Source of the DNA: a virus
UHGV virus genome: UHGV-0008253
Length of the DNA: 42,773 bases
Direction: 5' to 3' (one strand)
Position numbers and translations under genes: made by a program. Every line of letters starts with the position of its first letter. Position 1 is the stretch's first letter. Below, in pieces: positions 35,586 through 42,773 of the stretch. The notes under the pieces were generated by a model. It did no database searches. It worked only from the letters and a program-made list of their open reading frames with translations, and was not told the origin of the DNA.

Positions 35586-38500
35586 ATGACGGTCTCAACC
35601 GAAGTTGACCACAACGAATACACCGGTAACGGCGTTACGACATCGTTTCCGTATACTTTTCGAGTTTTCAGAAAATCAGACCTGGTTGTTCAGGTGTCTG
35701 ACCTGAACGGAAACGTAACAGAATTGGTTCTGGATACCGGTTATACGGTAACTGGGGCGGGCACTTATAGTGGCGGTTCTGTGGTTCTTCCGTCTCCGCT
35801 TGCTACTGGATGGCGAATTACGATAGATCGTGTGCTTGATGTAGTGCAGGAGACAGACCTTCGCAATCAGGGAAAATTTTTCCCCGAAGTGCATGAAGAT
35901 GCCTTTGACTACCTGACGATGCTGATCCAGCAATGTTTTGGGTGGTTCAGACGTGCATTGATGAAACCATCTTTGCTTGCAAAATATTACGATGCAAAGC
36001 AAAACAAAATTTCTAACCTTGCAGATCCATCATTTGAGCAGGACGCTGTAAATAATCGCTCAATGCGTAATTATGTCGATGCTGCAATCTCCGGGGTTGT
36101 TGGTGGTTTTGGTTGGTTTATTCAGTATGGTTCTGGGGCTGTGTACCGAACGTTCCAGGATAAAATGCGTGATGCTATTAGCCCCAAAGATTTTGGAGCT
36201 GTTGGTGATGGTATAAATGACGATTCCACTGCAATAAGCGCGTGCCTTGAAGCCTCATCTCCAGGTTATAAAATTGACGGATTAGGGCTTACTTTTAAAG
36301 TATCAACTCTTCCGGATGTCAGTCGATTTAAAAATGCTCGTTTTTTATTTGAGAGAATACCGGGCCAGCCTCTTTTTTATGCTTCTGAAGATTTTATCCA
36401 GGGAGAGTTATTTAAAATTACAGATACACCGTGGTACAACGCCTGGACGCAGGATAAAACGTTTGTATATGACAATGTCATCTATGCGCCTTTTATGGCT
36501 GGAGACCGCCATGGTGTAAATAACCTCCATGTTGCATGGGTTCGCTCAGGAGATGACGGGAAGACCTGGACAACGCCGGAATGGCTTACAGATTTACATG
36601 AAAACTATCCCACAGTTAACTATCACTGCATGAGTATGGGGGTTGTCAGAAATCGCCTTTTTGCTGTAATTGAGACGCGGACCGTGAGCGGAAATAAACT
36701 GCAGGTTGCAGAGTTGTGGGATCGCCCAATGAGTCGCAGCCTTCGCGTTTATGGTGGTATAACGAAAGCAGCAAATCAGCAAGTCGCTTATATTCGCATT
36801 ACTGATCACGGATTATTTGCTGGTGATTTTGTCAACTTCTCAAACTCTGGTGTTACAGGTGTTACCGGGAATATGACGGTGACTACTGTTATTGATAAAA
36901 ATACTTTTACAGTTACGACGCAAAATACCCAGGATGTGGATCAGAATAACGAGGGTAGATACTGGAGTTTTGGTACATCATTTCACTCGTCACCATGGAG
37001 AAAAACCAGTCTTGGAACTATTCCTTCTTTTGTTGACGGAAGCACTCCTGTTACTGAGATTCACAGTTTTGCGACGATTAGCGATAACAGTTTTGCTGTT
37101 GGCTACCATAATGGTGATATTGGTCCACGCGAGCTTGGGATACTCTATTTCTCTGATGCTTTCGGTTCTCCTGGTAGCTTTGTTCGCAGACGCATACCTG
37201 CAGAATATGAGGCGAATGCATCTGAGCCATGTGTAAAATATTATGATGGCATTCTGTATCTGACGACCAGGGGGACATTAAGTACTCAACCCGGTAGTTC
37301 ATTGCACAGAAGCTCTGATTTAGGTACATCATGGAATTCTCTTCGCTTCCCAAATAATGTTCATCACTCAAACCTTCCTTTTGCCAAAGTTGGCGATGAG
37401 CTGATTATTTTTGGCAGTGAGCGCGCATTTGGTGAGTGGGAAGGAGGAGAACCTGATAACCGTTATGCAGGAAACTATCCAAGAACATTTATGACCAGAG
37501 TTAACGTCAATGAGTGGAGTCTGGATAATGTAGAGTGGGTTAATGTTACTGATCAGATTTATCAGGGCGGAATAGTTAACTCTGCGGTTGGTGTTGGTTC
37601 AGTTTGTATCAAAGACAACTGGCTGTACTACATTTTCGGTGGGGAAGACTTTCTAAACCCATGGAGCATAGGGGATAACAACAGAAAATATCCTTATGTT
37701 CACGATGGTCACCCGGCTGATTTGTATTGTTTCAGGGTGAAAATTAAACAGGAAGAATTTGTTTCAAGGGATTTTGTCTACGGAGCCACTCCTAACAGAA
37801 CGCTTCCTACTTTTATGTCGACGTCAGGCGTGAGGACGGTTCCTGTACCCGTTGATTTCACAGATGATGTTGCCGTCCAGTCACTGACTGTCCATGCAGG
37901 TACATCAGGACAAGTTCGCGCGGAAGTCAAACTTGAGGGTAATTACGCCATTATTGCGAAGAAAGTACCGTCTGATGATGTTACCGCTCAGAGATTAATC
38001 GTTAGCGGCGGTGAAACAACGTCTTCAGCAGATGGTGCAATGATAACGTTGCATGGTTCCGGAAGCAGTACTCCACGTCGCGCGGTATATAACGCACTCG
38101 AACATCTTTTTGAGAACGGAGATGTTAAACCTTATCTTGATAATGTAAATGCTCTTGGTGGTCCGGGAAACAGGTTCTCGACAGTTTATCTTGGCTCCAA
38201 TCCTGTGGTTACCAGTGACGGAACATTAAAGACAGAGCCGGTCTCTCCTGACGAAGCATTGCTGGATGCCTGGGGTGACGTCAGGTATATCGCTTATAAA
38301 TGGCTGAACGCTGTCGCTATAAAGGGGGAAGAAGGGGCGAGGATACATCATGGTGTAATCGCGCAGCAACTTCGTGATGTTCTTATTTCTCACGGACTCA
38401 TGGAAGAAGAAAGCACAACATGCCGCTATGCCTTTCTTTGCTATGACGATTATCCCGCAGTATATGATGACGTCATTACTGGCCAAAGGGAAATGCCGCT

Positions 38501-38705
38501 GACTGATAATGACGGGAGCATCATTGTTGATGAGGATGATAATCCAGTGATGGTAATAGAAGACATCATTGAGCGCGTTGAAATAACGCCAGCAGGATCT
38601 AGATGGGGGGTCAGACCTGATCTCTTATTCTATATCGAGGCAGCATGGCAGCGCAGAGAAATGGATAAGATAAAAGAGCGGGTTCAGTCTCTGGAAGAAC
38701 GTTAA
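35586..38705 (+). CDS. tailspike / receptor-binding depolymerase with pectate-lyase-like beta-helix and C-terminal intramolecular chaperone (S74-like) domain
   Basis: ISPKDFGAVGDGINDDSTAISA motif typical of beta-helix tailspikes; C-terminus SDGTLK...IHHGVIAQQLRDV...AAWQRREMDKIKERVQSLEER resembles autoproteolytic chaperone domains. Confidence 0.8.
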   Translation: MTVSTEVDHNEYTGNGVTTSFPYTFRVFRKSDLVVQVSDLNGNVTELVLDTGYTVTGAGTYSGGSVVLPSPLATGWRITIDRVLDVVQETDLRNQGKFFPEVHEDAFDYLTMLIQQCFGWFRRALMKPSLLAKYYDAKQNKISNLADPSFEQDAVNNRSMRNYVDAAISGVVGGFGWFIQYGSGAVYRTFQDKMRDAISPKDFGAVGDGINDDSTAISACLEASSPGYKIDGLGLTFKVSTLPDVSRFKNARFLFERIPGQPLFYASEDFIQGELFKITDTPWYNAWTQDKTFVYDNVIYAPFMAGDRHGVNNLHVAWVRSGDDGKTWTTPEWLTDLHENYPTVNYHCMSMGVVRNRLFAVIETRTVSGNKLQVAELWDRPMSRSLRVYGGITKAANQQVAYIRITDHGLFAGDFVNFSNSGVTGVTGNMTVTTVIDKNTFTVTTQNTQDVDQNNEGRYWSFGTSFHSSPWRKTSLGTIPSFVDGSTPVTEIHSFATISDNSFAVGYHNGDIGPRELGILYFSDAFGSPGSFVRRRIPAEYEANASEPCVKYYDGILYLTTRGTLSTQPGSSLHRSSDLGTSWNSLRFPNNVHHSNLPFAKVGDELIIFGSERAFGEWEGGEPDNRYAGNYPRTFMTRVNVNEWSLDNVEWVNVTDQIYQGGIVNSAVGVGSVCIKDNWLYYIFGGEDFLNPWSIGDNNRKYPYVHDGHPADLYCFRVKIKQEEFVSRDFVYGATPNRTLPTFMSTSGVRTVPVPVDFTDDVAVQSLTVHAGTSGQVRAEVKLEGNYAIIAKKVPSDDVTAQRLIVSGGETTSSADGAMITLHGSGSSTPRRAVYNALEHLFENGDVKPYLDNVNALGGPGNRFSTVYLGSNPVVTSDGTLKTEPVSPDEALLDAWGDVRYIAYKWLNAVAIKGEEGARIHHGVIAQQLRDVLISHGLMEEESTTCRYAFLCYDDYPAVYDDVITGQREMPLTDNDGSIIVDEDDNPVMVIEDIIERVEITPAGSRWGVRPDLLFYIEAAWQRREMDKIKERVQSLEER

Positions 38706-38738
38706 AAAAAAGCCCGCAAAATATTGCGGGTATCAAAA
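38704..38738. terminator. hairpin terminator after tailspike (better U-tract on minus strand)
   Basis: cccgcaa-aata-ttgcggg flanked by A8 upstream. Confidence 0.55.
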
Positions 38739-39011
38739 ACGGAGTTGGTGAAAAGTTATCTTTGAATTCTATCATGAATCAGTACGTATTTTAAATACAT
38801 GTTCAGGTTTATTACACCATAGCATTATTAAATACAAAATTAAGTCTATGGTTCCTGTACAACTGCCCCCACTCTGCTGGCTCGTTCTGTAAAATCATTA
38901 GTACTTTTATTGAGATATATGATATGGAACAATAATGATTCATATATGGTTTACTATGCGGGTTTAGTCATCAATAATTGACTGGCTTATAGATAGTAAA
39001 CAGGAGAAAGT

Positions 39012-39416
39012 ATGTCTGCTCAAGTAACAAGTGAGCAATTAAATCAGTTGCTTAGTTTTGGTTCTCTTGCTGCAGTTATTGCAGGTGTCCCTCCGGAGGT
39101 TGCTTTAGGGGCTTTGGCTGGGGCGGTAATTTTTGTTACCTCTGCAGTAGAGTACCCCATCCGTCGCCGGGTGCTCCTGTCGATGCTCAGCTTTCTTTGC
39201 GGCCTTCTCTTTTACAAACCAGCAGCATCAATTCTTATCGGCATAGCCAGCCTGATCCCTACCATCACGCAGGACTCTTTTGAAAAAGGGATTGTTTTCT
39301 CTGCAGGCGCATTCGTGTCAGCAATTGTCGCTGTGCGTATTGGTATATGGCTCTATCACCGTTCCGATAATCCACGCGAGTTAATTCCGGGGAGAAAAGA
39401 CGATGGTAACGCATGA
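39012..39416 (+). CDS. holin-like membrane protein
   Basis: multiple TM segments, AGGAGAAAG SD, first gene of lysis cassette. Confidence 0.55.
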   Translation: MSAQVTSEQLNQLLSFGSLAAVIAGVPPEVALGALAGAVIFVTSAVEYPIRRRVLLSMLSFLCGLLFYKPAASILIGIASLIPTITQDSFEKGIVFSAGAFVSAIVAVRIGIWLYHRSDNPRELIPGRKDDGNA

Positions 39417-39711
39417 GTTTTTTTTGCTTATCACTAATGCAGTTATTTGCACTGGCATAGCAATTCGCGTTGTCACATTCCGGCGTAACGGCTCTCAACA
39501 TCGAAGGTGGGGAGGATGGCTTGCTTATTTCCTGATTGTTGCTGCGGCCAGTATTCCTGTTCGAGTCGCCTATGCAATCTGGTTACGTACGCCAATGGCT
39601 GTGGATTTATCTGAGGTCATTATCAACGCTGTCATGCTGGCTGCGGTTATTAAAACGCGCGGTAACGTCGTTCAAATTTTTAAAGTATCGAGGTCTAAAC
39701 ATGGAGATTAA
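39403..39711 (+). CDS. holin-like membrane protein (3 TM)
   Basis: three hydrophobic helices with charged C-terminus; overlaps endolysin start. Confidence 0.55.
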   Translation: MVTHEFFLLITNAVICTGIAIRVVTFRRNGSQHRRWGGWLAYFLIVAAASIPVRVAYAIWLRTPMAVDLSEVIINAVMLAAVIKTRGNVVQIFKVSRSKHGD

Positions 39712-40330
39712 ACAATTCCAGCGAGCTGCTGGTATCAGCGAGGCACTGGCCGCACGCTGGTTCTCGCATATAACTTCTGCGATGAAAGAGTTTGGTATCA
39801 GCAAAGCAGAAGATCAGGCAATGTTTATTGCTCAAGCCGGGCATGAGTCTGGGGGCTTCACCAGGTTGCAGGAGAATTTCAACTACAGTGTCAGCGGACT
39901 GGCTAACTTCGTTCGGGCTGGGCGTCTCACTCAGGGGCAGGCTAATGCACTGGGGCGCCGTGCTGGTGAACCACCATTGCCACTTGAGCGCCAGCGCGCA
40001 ATCGCAAATCTGGTATACAGCAAACGCATGGGGAACAATGCCCCTGGTGATGGCTGGAATTACCGAGGGCGCGGACTTATCCAGATTACCGGTTTGAATA
40101 ACTATCGTGATTGCGGAAACGGTCTGAAGGTTGACCTGCTGGAGAGCCCTGAACTGCTGGCGCAGGACGAATATGCGGCTCGTAGCGCGGCGTGGTTCTT
40201 CGCCAGCAAAGGATGCATGAAGTATACCGGCGATATTGCACGTGTAACTCTGATTATCAATGGTGGCCGGAACGGCATCGACGACCGGCGAGCGCGGTAC
40301 ATCACTGCCAGTAAGGTGCTGGCGGTATGA
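39701..40330 (+). CDS. endolysin, glycoside hydrolase family 19 (chitinase-like lysozyme)
   Basis: [12 protein letters not shown]...[12 protein letters not shown] motifs typical of GH19-type phage endolysins; ATG 39701. Confidence 0.75.
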   Translation: MEIKQFQRAAGISEALAARWFSHITSAMKEFGISKAEDQAMFIAQAGHESGGFTRLQENFNYSVSGLANFVRAGRLTQGQANALGRRAGEPPLPLERQRAIANLVYSKRMGNNAPGDGWNYRGRGLIQITGLNNYRDCGNGLKVDLLESPELLAQDEYAARSAAWFFASKGCMKYTGDIARVTLIINGGRNGIDDRRARYITASKVLAV

Positions 40331-40809
40331 TCTGGGCATTCGTAAAAGCATACTGGAAACAGTTTCTTATCGTGGCAGTGCTTGCTGTTCTGGTCATATC
40401 AGGAGTGGTTGCTTGGAATATACACGGCAGTCGCCAGTACGATGCCGGGTATGCTCAGGCGGAAGAAGACCGCAAAGCCGAAGAAGACAAAGTTCGTCAG
40501 TACTACGAACAGGAGAAAGTGACCAATGAACGTGAAGCTCAGCAGAGGATCGACCAGGCGCGCAATGATGCTCTTGATGCTGCCGCTAGCGCTGGCCGGT
40601 TGCAGCAACAACTCTTTGCCATCCGTGAGCAGCTCAGGCAGTATAACGCCATTGTCGGCGCTGGGTCGTCAGCCGCAGACACCGGAGTTTTGCTTGCCGA
40701 CGTGCTCAGCAAATCTCTCGAGAGAAACAGACAACTGGCAGAGTATGCTGACCGGGCAGCCGAAGCCGGAAGAGTCTGCGAAAAACAGTACGACACTTTG
40801 ACCAGATAG
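40327..40809 (+). CDS. i-spanin (Rz-like)
   Basis: N-terminal TM helix then coiled-coil-rich periplasmic domain; ATGA overlap with endolysin. Confidence 0.75.
   Translation: MIWAFVKAYWKQFLIVAVLAVLVISGVVAWNIHGSRQYDAGYAQAEEDRKAEEDKVRQYYEQEKVTNEREAQQRIDQARNDALDAAASAGRLQQQLFAIREQLRQYNAIVGAGSSAADTGVLLADVLSKSLERNRQLAEYADRAAEAGRVCEKQYDTLTR
40526..40801 (+). CDS. o-spanin (Rz1-like lipoprotein) embedded in +1 frame of Rz
   Basis: signal peptide with lipobox LAGC; wholly inside Rz gene. Confidence 0.6.
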   Translation: MNVKLSRGSTRRAMMLLMLPLALAGCSNNSLPSVSSSGSITPLSALGRQPQTPEFCLPTCSANLSRETDNWQSMLTGQPKPEESAKNSTTL

Positions 40810-40961
40810 CATGGCATTTTTCATGGTACTGATTTCCGGTGACGGTATATAAAACGGTACGGGAAAAATTGAGATTTGGAAAAATGTTATCACTCAATTG
40901 GTTATGGTTATCGTAAATAATTGAGTGGGAGTGATTTGATCCCTGCACTATGAATGAACAA

Positions 40962-40989
40962 AACCCTCTGTTACTACAGAGGGTTTTTT
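40962..40989. repeat. putative attR core: aaCCCTCTGTtactACAGAGGGtttttt
   Basis: near-identical to 47-73; sits 39 bp beyond stop of minus-strand host gene and could also be its terminator. Confidence 0.4.
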
Positions 40990-41027
40990 ATCTTCAAGAA
41001 TTATAGGCTTGAAGTTACTTACATCGA

Positions 41028-41567
41028 TTAATTAAACCAGCTGTCCGATTTGTTCTCTTCTGCTTTGCCCACGCTTTTCATCAGATCTCGACCGCCCTCA
41101 GTCATATTCCTGTTTGCGTCAGCTTCAGATTGCACCACATCGGTTTGCGCAGCTTTGTGCTTCAGTTCCTGATCGATAAATTCGTTTTCTCGCTTAACGC
41201 GGGCTTCTTCTTTCGCCAGCGCCAGTTTTTGTTTCTGAATCTCTAAGCTGCGTAGCTCATCTTCATAACTTTGATCGCGTTTTTTGTCCGCAGAGGCTTC
41301 GGCGTCCAGTTTATCCTGACGAGCTTTCTTATTTGCCGCTGCCGTTGCCGCTCTTTTGTTAGCGGCGGCCTGGGCGTTTGCGCGACGTTGCTTCTCTTGC
41401 TGGATTTCCCTGTTGCGCTCCGCGACCCATTCGTCATGCTGCCTTTGCTCTTCATTTTTACCTTGCTGTTCCGCTTCTGCGACAGCAGAGAGTTGATCCT
41501 GCAATGATGAGGCGATAGCCGGATAGCTTAAGGAGGCTAAGATGGCGCAAAGAAAAACTTTCTTCAT
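41028..41567 (-). CDS. host-flank secreted coiled-coil protein (Ala/Lys/Gln/Glu-rich) with signal peptide
   Basis: N-terminal MKKVFLCAILASLSYPAIA signal peptide; outside prophage repeats. Confidence 0.6.
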   Translation of the reverse strand: MKKVFLCAILASLSYPAIASSLQDQLSAVAEAEQQGKNEEQRQHDEWVAERNREIQQEKQRRANAQAAANKRAATAAANKKARQDKLDAEASADKKRDQSYEDELRSLEIQKQKLALAKEEARVKRENEFIDQELKHKAAQTDVVQSEADANRNMTEGGRDLMKSVGKAEENKSDSWFN

Positions 41568-41582
41568 GACTCCTCCTGATCA

Positions 41583-42101
41583 TTAGCTCTTTTCAGGACA
41601 TTTGGTATTTGGCTGAATACGCGTTTCGTTATACGTCGTGGTAATAACAACGGCTAAACCTGTCGTAAACTGGCACTCTTTACCCACCTGGGTAGAGGTA
41701 TACACTTTGGTGCCTTCCTTATAGGTTAAAGAAACACCTTCCACTAAGGTTTTATCATTCACCATAGAACCCGCTGCCGCGCCTACAGCTCCGCCGCCAA
41801 CTGCACCTGCCGTCGTTCCGGAATTGCTGCCAGACCCGACGTTGTGGCCGATAACACCGCCAGCGACTGCGCCAATAAGCGCGCCGAAGGCTTGTGCGTT
41901 TCGTTTATTTTGGGAGTTGTCTACGGCAACTTTTGCGGGAAGAATGGAAATAATATTAACGGTTTTAGTTTCTTGTTTGGTATTCAGTTGATCGGTTTGA
42001 TAAACATCGGCGGCATGATCATCAGCATTTGACTGGCATCCTGCCAGAGTGAATGACGCTAACATTGCCACAGGCAGAAGACATTTTTTAAATTTCATCA
42101 C
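41583..42101 (-). CDS. host-flank lipoprotein with glycine-zipper segment (SlyB/PcpB-like architecture)
   Basis: lipobox LAGC after signal peptide; GALIGAVAGGVIG glycine zipper. Confidence 0.6.
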   Translation of the reverse strand: MMKFKKCLLPVAMLASFTLAGCQSNADDHAADVYQTDQLNTKQETKTVNIISILPAKVAVDNSQNKRNAQAFGALIGAVAGGVIGHNVGSGSNSGTTAGAVGGGAVGAAAGSMVNDKTLVEGVSLTYKEGTKVYTSTQVGKECQFTTGLAVVITTTYNETRIQPNTKCPEKS

Positions 42102-42773
42102 TATTCCTTGTTATACACATTACGAAAAATAAGACATTTAAGATCATCAAAAGAGGAAAGTAAATGTATTGCGTATAAAGGAATAGATTAAATTTATTAA
42201 AATTCATGTGGAAAATAATTTATAAAAATACATCATTAAAACATATGTATTAATTTTATATTTATTTCGCAGCCAAACAGGATAAACATCAGTCAGGACA
42301 AAGACGTAAAATTTAAGATGAAAGAATATCTGCCGCTTTGATAATCCCAAAGAGCAAAAGCATCCGACAGCGAGGTGCCGTTATGTTCTGTAAAAGTGGA
42401 GAAGGTAACCGCTAACGTTGTACCGGTGATTCGACGGAGAGTGTGGATTGCTGAGCTTCTTTTTTGCTCTGATGGTGCTGCCATGCACCGACGGACGAGT
42501 AGATAAAACGGCCAAAGAAGAAGATAAAGCTGATGAGCAGTACGATACGGGTCATGCGACTGTTAAATCGGTGTCGTTTTCGCATACTGGTTGCCTGACT
42601 CACAAAAGGTTCCTTGAAGTATGTCCCACGCCGTGGACGGTACTTACATTAAGGCACAACAGGACAAAATGGTCAATTCTTCGTTATGTAAAAAAGCGTC
42701 AGTGGATACATATTTTAATGTTATGGAAGTTAATTTAATTATTTACAATGATGATGTAATAATGATGAATTAA

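Larger units (their letters stand above)
47..40989. mobile_element. integrated temperate phage (prophage), short-tailed virion type, about 40.9 kb
   Basis: integrase at left end, complete immunity/replication/packaging/head/tail/lysis modules, flanked by near-identical hairpin repeats; gene order recalls epsilon15/phiV10-like phages (recall-based, not searched). Confidence 0.8.

Noticed and set aside
42293-42738. Overlapping 60-96-aa ORFs on both strands at the right edge
   Set aside because: Mutually exclusive, window ends within them, no clear signals; a small membrane protein on the minus strand is possible but not supportable.
1-42773. CRISPR arrays, reverse transcriptase/retron, toxin-antitoxin pairs or known large defence enzymes
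   Set aside because: No direct-repeat/spacer arrays and no ORF with recognisable RT, cyclase, helicase-nuclease or ATPase defence signatures were seen on reading; absence is by eye only.

Overview
The window is almost entirely one integrated temperate phage of about 40.9 kb, in an enterobacterial-looking chromosome, bounded by two near-identical 27-bp hairpin elements (47-73 and 40962-40989). Order, left to right: GTG-start tyrosine integrase (+); a leftward early operon (lambda-type Ser/Thr phosphatase, MT-A70 adenine methyltransferase, AlpA/Xis-like protein, RecT annealing protein, PD-(D/E)XK exonuclease); a tandem-HTH repressor with no recognisable autocleavage domain; a rightward early operon (Cro/CII-like, O-like initiator with internal iteron repeats, lambda P-like helicase loader, DUF1064 nuclease, several small unknown genes); a terminator directly upstream of terS; terS/terL; a reverse-strand insert carrying tRNA-Arg(UCU); then portal, scaffold, major capsid, adaptor/nozzle-like tail proteins and three large internal virion proteins with no tape-measure or sheath, i.e. 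a short-tailed virion. Gene order and sizes recall epsilon15/phiV10-type phages, but that is from memory, not a search. An AT-rich accessory island (32.2-35.6 kb) sits before the 1039-aa tailspike, followed by a lysis cassette (two holin-like proteins, GH19-type endolysin, Rz with embedded Rz1) and two host genes on the right flank. The most interesting signals are: (1) a 15-bp palindrome TTACC-N5-GGTAA at 13 intergenic sites (9 perfect), clustered at the repressor/cro switch and at the promoters of every accessory unit; (2) a textbook LexA box in front of an 85-aa protein that is a stand-alone copy of the antirepressor C-terminal domain, pointing to SOS induction through an antirepressor; (3) a structured ~120-nt terminated leader/sRNA candidate upstream of ant; (4) an operator-controlled low-GC two-gene cassette encoding a 288-aa protein with three N-terminal TM helices, of unknown function and my best candidate for an undescribed exclusion/defence or conversion module; (5) a perfect 12-bp palindrome GTGACATGTCAC present twice, each overlapping a TGA stop. 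All calls rest on reading the sequence and recalled family features; no database search was run.
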